A program made the position numbers and the translations under genes. From assembly GCF_009914755.1 (NCBI RefSeq), contig NC_060931.1: DNA of 64,000 nucleotides. The stretch is one strand, 5' to 3'. The number at the start of each line of letters is the position of its first letter. Position 1 is the stretch's first letter. The DNA comes from the human T2T-CHM13v2.0 reference genome, Homo sapiens. Positions 28,567 through 43,000 of this stretch are shown here, one piece after another. The notes beneath the pieces were generated by a model. That model saw nothing but the letters and a program-made list of their open reading frames with translations, did no database searches and was not told the DNA's origin.

Positions 28567-28650
28567 CTATTTATCTAGCATTATCATATGTGTTATACAA
28601 TCTAATTAACTATTTATCTAGCATTATCATATGTGTTATACAATCTAATT
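28567..28650. repeat. Tandem duplication (period 43) inside a MIR
   Basis: ctatttatctagcattatcatatgtgttatacaatctaatt at 28567 and 28610. Confidence 0.95.
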
Positions 28651-29729
28651 TAATTATTACAACTCCATGAGGAGTTGTAATATTTACTATTATTATTTTT
28701 ATTTTTTAAATGAGGAAACAAATGCAAAATGATTAACTTTTCAAAGTTAATGTTGTAATCATTCACTTACCCAGCATTTGAATAAGCCAGAGTTGAATGA
28801 CTAACTTCCAATATGATAAAGTTCTTAATTATATGCTATATACATATGTGTAGCAGAGAAGAAACAAAAAAAATTAACCTGCTATTATAAGAAGCTTACA
28901 ACTACAAAATTTTATTGTTCTATTATGTTTTGATATGTTCATATATTCTAAAATAACTATTAAGAAAATATTTAGGTTTTGAGAAATAATTTTAAATATT
29001 TTCTTAGATTTTCTTTTAAAGTGGGTATCCTCCTCTCCACAACAATGGGTAAGAAGAAAATAAGACTGTTTTCATAACAGAAAACTCAGCAGTTAAGACT
29101 GAATAGCAATGTCTGAGAAAATAGCCTTGGAAACAAAACTGATTTAATTTTTTGTTTAGTGAAATGATAGGATAGTCTTTAATTGGATGATAAAATATAC
29201 TACTGTGTTTCCATATTTTCCAATTAAAGTTCTATATATAAATATAATCCAAAGGCAAACCCACACTGACCTCTAATATTATTAAAAGTCATGAGTAATG
29301 TGAAAATTTTCCTCCAAACCTCTTAATAATGAAAGTCCAGTGCAAAAACTAATACTGCTAATGGAAAAATTTTAAGTTCTAATCCCAAAAGGTAACTTTT
29401 TTTTTGAGAGACAGCATATTTTACATAATATCTAAAATAACATCGCTATACACTACAGTAGCTTAAAAATGTGCATTTTCAGTAGCTCTCCTCAATTCCA
29501 AAGTGAGAATGTCTGAGTTGCAGCTAGCCACCCCACTATCAGCTTTACTTACTGAGAAGTTTGGATTAGTCCAGGGCAATCCATCATCTCTTATGGAAAT
29601 CAGCTTGAAACTCACATCTTTCCAAACTTGGGAGGGGCAGCGGGGTTGTAGCTGTAAAAGATCATTTCTAGATATGAAGAGCAGTCAGAACATTATATTC
29701 TAGGACTACTAAATCAGTATTAATATTCC

Positions 29730-30560
29730 AAACTGAATTCACTGTCTTCTTTCCCCAAATTTTTCTACTTTAAAGCAAATTTTCTTTAGTAGTGTCACCA
29801 TTATCCTAGGTATTTTGGTACGAGAGTATTGTATGGTTTTGACAAGTCCCTCATATTTCTGTTTTACCTCAAAGCTGTTGCCAAGTCCTATCAATCTTAT
29901 ATTTTTGATGCATTTTAGCTGACCCATCCTGTTTATTGACAGTGTTGATAACTTAATTCGGCCTCAGTGTCTCACACTTAAACTATTGCAATAGCATCGC
30001 AATTATTTTCCTCATTGACTGTATTCCTTTTCCTGAGTATTTTATAGATGCCAAATTGATCCTTCTGAAATAGAACATAGATTGTGTCAGATCAATAGAT
30101 TCCAGAAGTCTTTAGAATAAGTTCAAACTCCCCAATTTAGCATTCAATGCCTTCCAGACACTGCTCAGAATATGGCTTTCTGTACATAGTTCCTATTGGT
30201 GTCTCAGGAACCCTACCAACCGAAGTGAAATACAAACTCTTCCCACATTTTGGTGGTTGACCAATTTTTTTTTTTTCAAATTGACTTTCTTATTCTTATC
30301 ATTTTCCTCTCTTAGTATGACAATCTCTGTCAATCTACATTTAATATCTTATCTATTCTTAAAGATTCATCCTATATACCATGTAACTATTGTTAATTCT
30401 ATCATTTGGAAATAATATATTCTTAGCTGAAACTCACAAAACTACTTTGTTCCTCTCAAAGTATTTATAACAAGGTCTATATTTATCTGATGGACTTTAC
30501 ATCATTATAGTTCATCACAGAGTATTTTTTATTTTGTAAGCATTCAATAAATATAAAAAT
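29730..30560 (+). mobile_element. Degenerate L2
   Basis: ccaagtcctatcaatc...aaactattgcaatagc...gatccttctgaaatagaacatagattgtgtc...agcattcaataaata. Confidence 0.6.
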
Positions 30561-31425
30561 GGATTTTTGTATATCAATAGAAAAACTCATGGGGAAAGAG
30601 AGAAAAGTCATATTATAAGCAATAGAGAATCAATAACTGAATTCTGACAGCTGAGTTGTATTGGCTCTGCAGCTACTGAGACAAGAAGGGGTCATTAAAC
30701 TTCCTGAACTTTCTTTTTTCTCCATGCATTACTATATATGATATTCTCCAACTCTCCATTATGCAAAACCATAACAGCTAGGTAAATACAATGATGAGAC
30801 TCATTGACACCTGATTTGTGGTAGAACGTGACTTATGAAGGAGTAGTAAGTCAGAAAACTTTAGATTTGTGACAGCCAATAACAAAATAACATTACCCCT
30901 TCTTCAAACATTTTGTGAAAAACCAGCTCTTTAAATTCTCTCAAAGATAAGTGTTAAAATTTCTTAATGTTAATGGCTTGCACATAATAATGTCCTGATT
31001 GAATAATCTTCTCTCTTCCTCAATACACTGAAATAAATGGGATATACGCAGTCTGTACATGTAGTCCTACTACAGATTTTTGTGTACCTATCAGTAAAGG
31101 GTAAACTTCGTTGTTATCAGTCAATTTTTCTAGTCTAAACAATTCAAAACCAGCCTAAATAACAGTAGTAACTCATTCTAGTTCCAAAATAAAATCTTCA
31201 AGTTTTATTTTATGCATGCCCAGACTGTAAAGGCATGGGAACAGAAGTGCAGTGCAGTTTCTAAAAACAATGTAAAAAACTGTACAAAGAAAAAATCCCG
31301 TAAATGCTTGTATACTATGAATAGATGATTCTATTCAGTTGCATCACTAGATATCATAGAGCTTATTGTCCTGGGACACCTTTCAAGATTAGCCGTTACC
31401 TATGTCCTGATACCTTATTACGACT

Positions 31426-32117
31426 TGCTATGATTCAAACATGTCTTCTCCAAGATCTAGGTACCCTCATGGCCTAACCATCATTTAACAGCCTCATCTC
31501 TTAATAGTATCACATTGCAACACATGAATTATGGAGAGTAGTTAAAACCCACACAAAAGAGGCTGCAAGCCATTTTTGGCTTGGTTGCTTTTTCACTGTC
31601 TGCCATGCGAGGACACAGTATTCTCCCCGCCAGAGGACACAGCATCCAGGAACCATCTTGGAAGAAGAGAACAGTTCTCACCAGAAAACCAAACCTGCTA
31701 GGACCTTAATCTTGGACTTCCTAGTCTTCAGAAGTGTCAGAAAATAAATTTCTGTTCTTTTTTTTTTTTTTTTTTGGAGACAGGATCGCTCTGTCCCCCA
31801 GGCTGGAGTGCAGTGGCGCGATCTCGGCTCACTGCAAGCTCTGCCTCCCGGGTTCCATTCTCCTGCCTCAGCCTCCTGAGTAGCTGGGACTACAGGCGCC
31901 CGCCACCACGCCCGGCTAATTTTTTTTCGTATTTTTAGTAGAGACAGGATTTCACCGTGTTAGTCAGGATGGTCTCAATCTCCTGACCTCATGATCCACC
32001 CATCTTGGCCTCCCAACATGCTGGGATTACGGGCTTGAGCCACCGCGCCCGGCCCTAAATTTCTGTTCTTTATAAATTACCCAGTCTGTGGTACTCTGCT
32101 GTAGCAGCACAAAGACC
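31426..32117 (+). mobile_element. MSTC/MSTD-type MaLR LTR with an internal inverted segment, split by AluY
   Basis: Starts tgctatg; gaggacacagca...ccatcttggaag...ttggacttcc...aataaatttctgttc; ends tagcagcacaaagac. Confidence 0.8.
31760..32054 (-). mobile_element. AluY-lineage element
   Basis: cactgcaagctc, ccattctcctgcc and caccgtgttag Y diagnostics; many CpGs retained; TSD taaatttctgttcttt (31745 / 32056). Confidence 0.95.
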
Positions 32118-33760
32118 TCCCACCACAAACACATTAGTATGCATTTCACACACACACACAAGGACATTCTCCTACATAACCACAATACAAAGCATCAAAA
32201 TAAGAAAATTAACATTGACACATTACTATCACCTAAATTTCATCCTTCATTGAAGTTTTGCCAGATTCTCCAATAATGTCCTGTATAAGGAAAGAATCTA
32301 GCTCAGAATTTTGTGTTGTCTTTTGTTGTCATGTGTCTTTAGGCTTATTTTCTCTTGAGCTCAGTATTTCTTTGACATTCATGGCTTTGACGCATTTGAG
32401 AATTATATGCCTGTTATTTTATATACTGTCCCTTACTTTCGGTTTATGTGATGTTCTTTATAATTAGATTCAAGTTATGCATCCTAGGGAGTATTATTAC
32501 AGAAGGGATGTTTTCTTCTTATTGCACCCAATTGGCACATGAATTTGACATGTTCCATTACTGATGGTGGCCACTTTCATCATTTAAGTAAGGTGTTATG
32601 TTCCGGGTCTTTTCCTGTGAAGTTACTAATTTTGCCCTGGTGATCAATCAGTATTAGAAACTATATAAATAAAACCATCACTCAATATCTAAGAAAAATG
32701 GTTCCAGGACCTCCTGCAGACACCAAAATCCATGGATGCTCAAGTCCCTGATATAAAATGGCATAGTATTTGCATATAATCTACAAACTTCCTACTGTAT
32801 ACTTTAAATCATATCAATTAATATACTACTTATAATACCTGATACAATATAAATGCTACTTAAATAGTAGTTATACCATATTGTTTAGAAAATAATGCCA
32901 AACAAAAGTCAGTACATATTCAATACAGGTGAAAAACATTTTTTTCAAATATTTTTGATCACTGGTTTGTTGAATCCACGGATGTGAAATCCATGGATAT
33001 GGAGAGCTGACTGCATTGCTCATCAATTTTTAAGTAGTTAATTAATTTTATGAAAACACTTGGTTTTCTATTTTATTCAATGGTTTATAATGTTCCTACC
33101 ATTATATATATTAATACTCAAATTGCACCAAATTTGGCCAGTGAAAATCCTTTCAATCTAGCTACCATGACCTTCTGGCATGTCTCCGTCAGTTTTTTGA
33201 GCACTTTTTTGCATTCTGATCAAACTCAATGCAACCTCTTCTTATACATCTTATACTGCCCCTGCCATCAAATCAGCCATATATCCATACAGGTTATCTT
33301 TTTTTAGTGGAAAATAATATTTAAAGACCAATCTGTATATTAGCTGTGTCTCATTACTATTGGATGAGAGATAAAGAAAAGATAGGAGAGAAAGAGGAAG
33401 GGAGGAAAGGAAGAAGACAGACTGAAAAAGAAATCCATGAGTTTGCATCAATTTTCCTGCAACAAATATTTTATTTAAAAAATTTCCATAATTATAACTC
33501 CCTTCTCTGACCATACAAATCTTGCCTTTTAATTCTCTTAATATATTGTTATTTATTTGAATTCTATCCTATATAAACAATCTCCTTTTACTGTTTAATG
33601 TGCTGCCTTTACAGCACGGACACCCTCCTCACCCTGTTTAAGATCTTACATCTCACATCAGGTCACCCCTCATTGTGAACATCCTTCTCACACTAATGGG
33701 CATTGGCACTGTTGCCTGGCTGTCCCTTCACACAGACATCCTCCTTGTATGTTTCATAGG
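32118..33760 (-). mobile_element. Old L1MC/ME fragments, interrupted by MER2
   Basis: aaggacattctcctacataaccacaatac...; ctcaaattgcaccaaatttggccagtgaaaatcctttca. Confidence 0.6.
32672..33013 (+). mobile_element. MER2 (TcMar-Tigger non-autonomous DNA transposon)
   Basis: ggttccaggacc...caccaaaatccatggatgctcaagtccctgatataaaatggc...gaatccacggatg...gagagctgactg. Confidence 0.9.
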
Positions 33761-33859
33761 TACTCTAAAACTGTGGAACAGTGATTGTATATGGCTTAAT
33801 TTCTATTTTAAAAAGACTTCAGGCGGTATAAAACAGAATCAATAAGAATCTAGAAACGT

Positions 33860-34388
33860 GTGGTTCTAGCTATCTCTACAGATTTATCTCCTTGGCTATC
33901 TTAATAGAAACCTTCTATTCTAACTATTACCCTCTGAATAAACTATAAACAGTCTTCCTACTGCATTTCCCCCAATCTGCCTGCAATGCTTGCTTCACTA
34001 CTTTCTGCTTATTCAAATGCAACTCTCCTTCAAGTCTACTCACTTAGCTTGGCTCTTACAATTATGCCAGGCCATTCCCTTTCCTGAAGATGTCCTTCTC
34101 ACTCTGCTTGGCCCCTCATGTAACTTGAAAATTATTTTGAGTTCTCAGTCATTTTGTGAACTCCTAAAGCACTTATTAGTACTATCACTTATTGGACCTT
34201 TTGCATACTCTACCTTTAGTTTTTCCTGTTTTTTTTTCCTTTCTTTGAAAATCTCTTATCTTCCCAATTATTCCTTAAGCTCTTTGGGAACATAAATTCT
34301 GTATAATAATTCTTTATATCCTTACAGTTTAAACATATTGCTTTACATTGGGGAGACCCTTGAAATACTTGCAAGTGAACTGAACAAA
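33860..34388 (+). mobile_element. Degenerate L2 3' part
   Basis: tgcatttccccc..tgcctgcaatgct...; ends aaatacttgcaagtgaactgaac. Confidence 0.45.
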
Positions 34389-35679
34389 TACTCATAGTCA
34401 TAATTCTGTTAGTCATAAAATAAATACCTGAGACTCACGGTGATTCTCACTTAAAAGTTGTTGGAAGAAATGTAAAAATAAAGACTGCTCAAGAAGATAT
34501 TTTTACAAATCTTGGACAATGTGTTGCTTGTTGTATGTGAGGGAGTAATTGACTTAGAAACATCTTGAAAATGTAGTAACATTTAAAGTTAGCAGCCAGC
34601 TACAAAGCTAAAGGCCACTGCTTAATAGCACAGGAGAGAGCTACAGGTATATTGCTCTTTTAAAAAATCTGTAGATGTAGACTCATGGTACCCACTTAAC
34701 AACTCTTTGAAAAATAAATGAATAAGAGAAAAATGTGTAATGAAAAGATCCTAGCATCAAATGGTGATATTTCTGAAGCAATGCATTGAAATCTTTTGGG
34801 ATGTGGTCCAGCTTGTCAGTCATCTTCAATGTTAGTGAAAGTCAAATCTAAATTCCAGAAGCTAAGGAAAATAGAATAATCTAAAATTAACCAAAAGAAT
34901 GTATTGAAACAACTCCAAACATCATGTGCTGTTCTTTACAGGAGGTTTCAGAGTTAAAGTGGAAAAAGAGTTTATTGAACAGAATGTAATGGGAAAGAGA
35001 AGAAACAAAAAGGATCGTTGAATTTATTGAGTTTTGCTCAGCTTGACCTTGTGCACAATATATTGTAACATTAAAAAATACATTTGGAGTATTCTAGACT
35101 GGCTTCTGAAAAACCAAATTGATTGTAATATTGAATGAAAATTCTAGAAACCAATGTTCTCTAATGCGACAGCCATGGTCAAATGGTAATGTGAATTCAA
35201 ATTGCTGCTTCCCTAGAATTTCACTTGAGCCATGTACTTATCACTTTATCTTCTCACACCTCATCTACATATGATTGCAAAAACAGTGTAAAGTGAAAAT
35301 TAGCAAAACAGTTTGAAATATAGCTGAAATGTCAGGGAGACAGCAGCAAATGAACTGTGACAACAATTGAGTGTAAATTTATTGATGTTGAAAAGGATAG
35401 CATTTCAAGGAAAACAAGACAGAAATGCTTGCAGAGAGCCGCAAATGAAGCCTTAATAGCTCATGGAAAATAGAAGAAAGCTCAAAGGAAAATGCTACTG
35501 CTGAAATGAGCCCATGAAGAAGAGGACTGTAATTGAGATAACAGGCAAATGACTCAAACGTGCTGAAGCTGAAGCATAAAGAGTTTTGTAAAATGTAGGG
35601 TACACAGAGAAGGTTATAGTAACTCTTCACATATGAACTGAGATGATAAAATAATAAAATTGATTGCATAAGTTGAATA

Positions 35680-36130
35680 CTATTCAGTCATTCATTCAAA
35701 CATACTTATGTAGTTTGCCAAACTTCAGTGTGAGTTGTGAAGATATTTCATTAAAAAACATTGCCTTTATGGAGCTTACACACTAGTGTTGCTGTAGGAA
35801 GAAGATAGCACATAAATCCTTGATGAACGGTTGTAGTGATGAAAGTTCTGTAGAAAAAGACAAAACAGATGAAGGAGCTAGTGAATAAAGGGTTGGGGAA
35901 GGTGCGTTGAAATGGTAGTCAGGCAAGGTCTCACTGATAAGATGACATTTCTTCAGAGACAATTGTCAGTAATAAGAGTAAAAGAGCAAAGTAGGGAACC
36001 TGGGGAAGAGCATGACAAAGACAGGGATGGGCACAAAAGCTCAAGAGCTCCAAGGAAGCATGTCTGCTGCATTCAGGAAATATCGAGGAGCCAGTACTAA
36101 TTAGTCCAGTGTTACCTGATGTGAGAGAGC
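35680..36130 (-). mobile_element. L2 fragment
   Basis: ttcagtcattcattcaaacatactta...tggtagtcaggcaaggtctcactgataagatgacattt. Confidence 0.65.
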
Positions 36131-36860
36131 TCTGCGTGTCATATACATGTTGTATATTTGAGTGTCAAATAACATTATATATAATATACCAAACACTTAT
36201 TTAGCATCAATTGAGTCCAAATACTAGAACAGATGAAGAATTCCCTTTAGAGTAAGTAAAAACAAAATGTCATGAGTGATACAATGTTTTTTTTCTCTCT
36301 CTCTCTCCCTATCCCTCCCTCCCTCATCCCTCCCTATTCGCACACATGAACAGACATACACAAACAAGTGTGTAAGAAATAGCTAATTTTATATCTCTCT
36401 CTGAAACAGAGAAAGATGCAACTGCTTTTGTAAGTAGGATTTAATTATAAGAAAATCATAATTCTAAAAGATTATATTAGGGAAATATCAATGCTTCTTA
36501 AATTGTTAAAATAATCTAATTGATAATTTCACCCAAAGGAATCCATATAGAACATTAAATTTCACATAGACATCAGTGTATCACAGAATCCCCAGTTTTG
36601 TTCTAAGCTATTTTTTCTAAATCAGTGAAATGATCATGAAGAACAAAAGTTCAGCTCTTTAAATTATATTATCCTTATATAGTTAAGATGAACTTATACT
36701 AACTTACATGGTATAGAGAAAGCATGTCTGATGTACAATTTTAAAATGTCCTTTTATTATAACTTAGCTAAGGACAACCATTCAACTCTCATATATTATT
36801 AGATATATTAATAATGAATGTAATAAGAATTTAATCTCAAAGAAGCTGTGAACATTTTAA

Positions 36861-37053
36861 ACAGGAAGGGGAACATCACACACCGGGGCCTGTTGTGGGG
36901 TGGGGGGAGGGGGGAGGGATAGCATTTGGAGATATACCTAATGTTAAATGACGAGTTACTGGGTGCAGCACACCAACATGGCACATGTATACATATGTAG
37001 CTAACCTGCAAGTTGTGCACATGTACCCTAAAACTTAAAGTATAATAAAAAAA
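36861..37053 (+). mobile_element. Very short (about 190 bp) L1PA3 3' end
   Basis: acaggaaggggaacatcacacaccgggg...gttaaatgacgagttactggg...cctaaaacttaaagtataataaa; target tttt|aaacag. Confidence 0.95.
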
Positions 37054-40000
37054 CAGAAAGAAATAGTGCACATATCTTTCACTTTTTAATTTCAAAATCT
37101 CGTGATGCATGAGGATTTATTTTTTTGTCTAGAACCTCTGAAACCATGCTTTTGAGTCACCGAGGGTGATGAATATTTCACCTATGTGTTGCAACCAGGG
37201 TCTTTCTGTCTGATGCTCACAGCCATGTCTGATGAGCAAATTAGTAGTTTATTCCTTAAGACTTTGTTGTTAGGTCAAGAGTTTTATTTCCCATCCCCTA
37301 TCTTTGCCCCCATGAGTTCCATGAGGCATTATTAGAAATAAAAACATACTGGAAGGAAAACGACTCACCGAAAATGAGCTAGTCTTGGTTATTAAGGCAT
37401 TAAAGAAAATATATACTGTTTCGTAGTTCTACAGTTTGGCAGTTGTGGTCTGTTTATTGCCCTCATCAGAGAGATGACTCATCACTTAATTAATAATTAC
37501 ATTTACTAATCACTTAATGTATAATTACACAAATACATGTAAAGCAGAATTGTTGTTTGTAAGTAATTATCATTAAATATTATTTATAACGATTAGAATA
37601 AGGAATTCCTCTACCACAGAATTAAAACAAGAACTGAATATCTTGACTTGATAGCATTGTAAAAGCCTTAATTTAAAAGATGCCACTTTGTTCTTTTTCA
37701 TAACAATACTTATTATATTTTATGGCTGTTGTTATACTCTGATTCCTATGTATTGTTCCCTTGAGTCATAGTTTTCTGTTAATATGCTGTGTCTTAGGTG
37801 GTAGACATTACATTTAGTGTAATCGAACCTCATCTTCCTACAAACATGTAATTTGTCGTATGATATTTCTATTCTGATCCCTGCAAGCTGCTAAGTATGG
37901 GGATTTTATAGTGTCTGCAAGAGATATCAGTCTAGGTTGCTTGTCAAGCAAGGGTTTGTTTTTACAGCAGGCTAGATTAAATAGAAATTGACTTTAGTCC
38001 CTTTTTGCATGGCTACTATAGGGATAATAAAACAAATGAGAATTAGATAGGTTTTAATGTTGTAGATAAGAAGACTACAGAATGGGAAATTTATTGTCTA
38101 TCAGCAGAAAGGAATAGTGACTTATAAAAATAATAAGAGAATTAAGCCTGGCAATTGGTATCCTCACTAAACTCATGGAAATACCTCATCCTGGCATTTT
38201 CATCCAGTGATTTACTTAACTTTGAATTAAGTCTTCTCCAAAATAACACATTTTTACAATCTATTGCATTGCAATGCCTCTGATCTTGCAACTATAATTC
38301 TTGATTTCATTCAAAATTTAAGGATTATTCAGTCAATAATTAGACAATCAATAGTATTTTTGTCTTGCTGACATTTTTGTGAAAAGACATACTAATCTCT
38401 CACTTTTTTAGATATTAAAGAAATAACTTAATTTTAAAATAACTTTATTCATGTTAAAAACCAATGGATTAAATAAAAATATTTCCTTGCCTCCATTGTG
38501 TGATTAAATACATTAGAGAAACTCTCTATAAACAAGTCAGTTGTTAGAGCTGGAAGGCTATTTCATATAAAAATATGTATACTCTTCTATTCTGTAGTAT
38601 TGACTTACTTCAGAAGTATTGACTGGCTTTATTATTGTTTATCTTTACAGCTGTAGATTGTATTAATTTATTTGTAATCTGTTTTGCCATCTGATTGTTT
38701 TGACTAGAAGTCTGTTTTGACATAGAATAGAGTTTTCAGTAATCCCAATCTGAATTCTTTTCAACAACCCAAAAATAGCTAATTATTCTTTCTGAATAAT
38801 TAGAAAATTACCCCTTACATGGGGATGACTATCTCTACTCATGATGTATTTTTATGAATGGACACTGAAACTACAGGCTTAGAACATTATTCACTTACTT
38901 AGAACTACATGTATAATAGAAATCATTTTGTCTTATCTTTAATATAAATTTCTTGTTGTCACACAGATGTCTACTTCTTGGAAGTGTAAAATTTGGTTAA
39001 GTAATAGACACATTTATCAAATACTAATCATGCACACCCTATTAGAAGGGCATTTTGTTGGGTATATAGTGACAGACAATACTACTAGCCTCTTGGATTT
39101 TTATAGTTCTATAGTTATCAATAAATGAATGAATGAATAGTTAAATTAATCAAACAATGGAAATATAATGTTATAAAAGATGAGAAATAAAAAAAGTGGA
39201 GAGAAAAGTAATGCTCTGTTTTACTGGAGCACATAAACATTTTTAACAAATGCTGTGAAGTTACTGTTTTCTTGTGACTTTTGCAAAACATTGTTTTTTT
39301 CACTCAAGAATCTTTGCTCACCCAATTATCTTATGGTAAAAATTAAATTTGTATACTTTATTTCTATCACCAATATGTCATGATTTTCTAAAATTCTTCA
39401 ACATGTATATGAAGTTTTGAGTTTCCAAATGGAATCTTTGAGTTACACTCCAGTCATTTTTTAATTTGCTCAAATGCAATGGATGAAAATGTCTGTGTAA
39501 CCATTTCATTTGTATAATCTTTATGTCAATCTCCAAACCTCTCAGAGACAAGATTTGTTGTGGTTTTATTGTTGTTTTATCCTAGCTCATAATAGCTGTC
39601 AATTAGAAAGAAACTTCCTCCAAGCAAGTTTTCTGATGAGTGAGCAATCATGAAATTTTAATCAATCCTTAAATGTAGTCACTGTTTATAAACTGAGATG
39701 GCATAAGTTACCTCCATAATATTTCTTTACACGGTAATGATTACACACCTCTTCAGTTTTTCTTTCTCTAGGCCTGAGTGGACGGCTGTCAAATGTAGGT
39801 TGCTTCTGATCAGATATAAAGATGAATCATGAAAGTTAGAATCCATAACTTCTCAGGGAAGATGAGGAATCTACTGATACTTATGAAATAAATAACTCAC
39901 TCACATTCACATATATTTTTATAAGTTCAGAGGGGAGAAAAGGCATCAAAATAATAAATTTCAAGAAAACAAATCATACTCTATTCCGCTCTATGATTTA

Positions 40001-43000
40001 CCGGGTACTTTTAAGTCATTTCCTCCGTTTCTCAGTTTCTAATAAAAAGAGGCATAAAAAATTAGTAAATTAAGAAAGTATTAGAGATGTTAGATCTGGA
40101 AGGAATGTATGAAAGATCAGTATAAGTTAAAGAAGCATAGATTTTTCTATACCTGTTTGTATGGGAGAAGCAAGACTATGACCTAGTGTTTTTTGCGCTC
40201 TATTGAGAAATAGAAATTGTTGTTTTATTGGTACTTGAATAAAGTAAATAACTATATGAGAAGTTGGTGACTAATGTTAGTGGTTAGGACAAACATCCAC
40301 TAACAATGGTTTAGTGAAAGGAACTGAATAATACTGGGATGAATATCTACTAGTAGATTTTTAAGAATCTGCCTTAAGAAGAAAACTACCTTAAAATGGA
40401 GGAGGGTGGAGCAAAGAAAGAGGAAACACCTGAGTCTATTTTGTTTCAAGGATCATCAACATGTTCATTATGAACAAAGAAAGAAATATTTAACAAATTT
40501 TCTCAACTTTAACTGCAAATTTCAGCAGTACAACAACAGAGACATCTGTGGATTGGGAAACACTAAGCCTTGTGATAAAATAAAAACTTCAGCCGAATTA
40601 CATTTAAAGGAGTTTAATTGAGCAATGAACGATTTGCAAATTGGGCAGCCCCAGAATCACAGCAGATTCACAGAGACTCCAGCGCAGCCACGTGGTGGAA
40701 GAAGATTTATAGACAAAAAAATAAAGAATGATGTATAGAAGTTGGAAGTGAGGTACAGAATGGCTGGATTGGTTACAGCTAAGTGTATGCCTTATTTGAA
40801 CACAGTCTATAAACACTCAGCAGTGTATGAATGTTTGAAATATGGCAGCTGGGATTTGCCAAGACTTAGCTATTGTTACAGGTGCATACTTCCAAGTCAG
40901 GTTTTGAATTTTGTCTGTCTATTAACCAGGTTCATCCTCAAGAACTCAAATATAGAAGTATAGAGTTCTTCTTGGGCCATATTTAGTTTGCTTGAACAAT
41001 TCCCCCTTTTTGGTCATTTTATCAATTTTGAAAGATTGACCAAAACCTTAGTCATTGACATTACTATCACCATCGTAAATGTACCTATATGGTCTTGAAA
41101 CCCACTGGGAAACAGTTAAACAGTGGGTTTTGTAAGGAGGGAACAAGGACTGAGTAGAGGGTACCTCTTTATGCTGGAATGTTCTGTTTACATGAGAAAA
41201 ACCAAACCTGGTCTGTTCTAGGATCTATGGGTTTCCTTAAAGTCTTAGTTTGATTGTCACATTTAGCACAAGTGACTCCATTTTGTTTGGTTTAGCCTGT
41301 TGGGGCCCAGTGCATGAGCTTAGTCCAAAACAATTGCCTCCCATAATTTTGTTTAAAAAATTCCTCCTTTTTGGCCAGGTTCTCACTTAGGTGAGAGAAT
41401 GACCAAAACTTAAGGCCCTAGCACCACTCTCAATTACCATGATTTTGGGTTTCCTGTCTCACTGTGTCATTCATAGGTTACAGTGTCCTCATGGTCACAA
41501 ATTTCTTTCACCTTTTCTCATTCCATTTGAAGAGAGACCATTGACAATCTAGAGATGGCTGCATGCAAACATTTACAACCTTTGAGAGAATACAGTGCAC
41601 CAGGGAGACTATTATGATGATTATTAGGAGGATAATAAGAATTTGGAGTATGCTCCTTACCCATACACAGAGTCCCTGTAAACCAAATTATCTAATATTA
41701 AATAGATTACAAAATGAGCTAGATGAAGAGTCTACTTGCTTGACTAAGTAGTCTTTTCATTAATCCCCTACAACTAAATTTTCATAATCTACATTTGATG
41801 TATTTCTCCATAGGCCACAAGTGCCAGCAGCTGCACAGGTACTTTTTAGCTAATTCTATTATTTAGCATAACTGTCACAGGAGAATTTAAAGTTGGTTGT
41901 GTAACCATAGCCTTTACAGTAGAGTCTGCCATAGAGCCCATTACAAGGGATACATTTCTAATTATTGCCTCTTTTATTCTAAATCATGGAAAAATGATGT
42001 AACAAATGGTATCCTCCTAGAACAGTGAAGGCCTCCTGGCAATGTTTTCTTTAACCCGTGATGTGTGTTAAGAGGAGTGAACCAATGTTCTGTTTCTGAC
42101 TGATTATGAGACAACATATGAACCATTAAAGTTTTTCACCTACATTGGGCCGCCTACTCTTATCTATCAAAGTATAAGGTTATCCATGTATAAGGCTGGC
42201 TGAAAACTTCACAAATAAAAGTATACCCCATAAGTGTATATAACAGACCCCCTTTCTACTTCTATTGTTCATAGAGCCATAAGCAATATTCAAAGATAAG
42301 ACTCTCGTGATAGTAGAAAAGTCTTGATCCACGGTATTGGGAAAAGCTGTTCACATCAAGGATGCCTTCTTCTTCTGGGGAGAGACTTCCCTGGTTAGTT
42401 TTACCTTAAGGGTTTCCATGGGTGTACAGTTCCAAGATTGTGGAGGAACCCTTCCCAGTTTTAAGATTATGAACCCAAAGTTCAAGCTTCCAAAGTTTTG
42501 CTGCAATGTGGATGGCAAAGACAGTCTTTCTCTGATGTTCTCAGAAGATCTAATCTTCAGGTTCTAGACTGCGAAGGGGTTATCCTCAATGAACCATAGA
42601 AAGCTTTCTTTACCTGGTGAAAATCCATAATAATCTACTGTTACAATATCAGCTCTTTTGCATGGAAAGCTTTTGTACTTCCGGAAAACATACATTGAAA
42701 ATGACAATTGAGTGAATTTTTAAATAAATGTTTAAATGGCCCATCAGGTAGCCAAATGTACATGAAAAATTTGATTGTCTTGCCAGGAATATGGAACCAA
42801 ACATTGGTTTTAAACTATCTCCACAATGTATAAGTCACCAAATTAATATATTCAATTTGGATTATTTTATCATTTTCATGATGAGTCATGGAATGCAGAA
42901 CCTTTAATAACAAAAGCTTTAAGGACTCAGGAATGACAAGAGCAGACTTTCTGGTTCTCCATGAGTCCATGCTTAATATTGATTGGACTTATGTCCTTCT

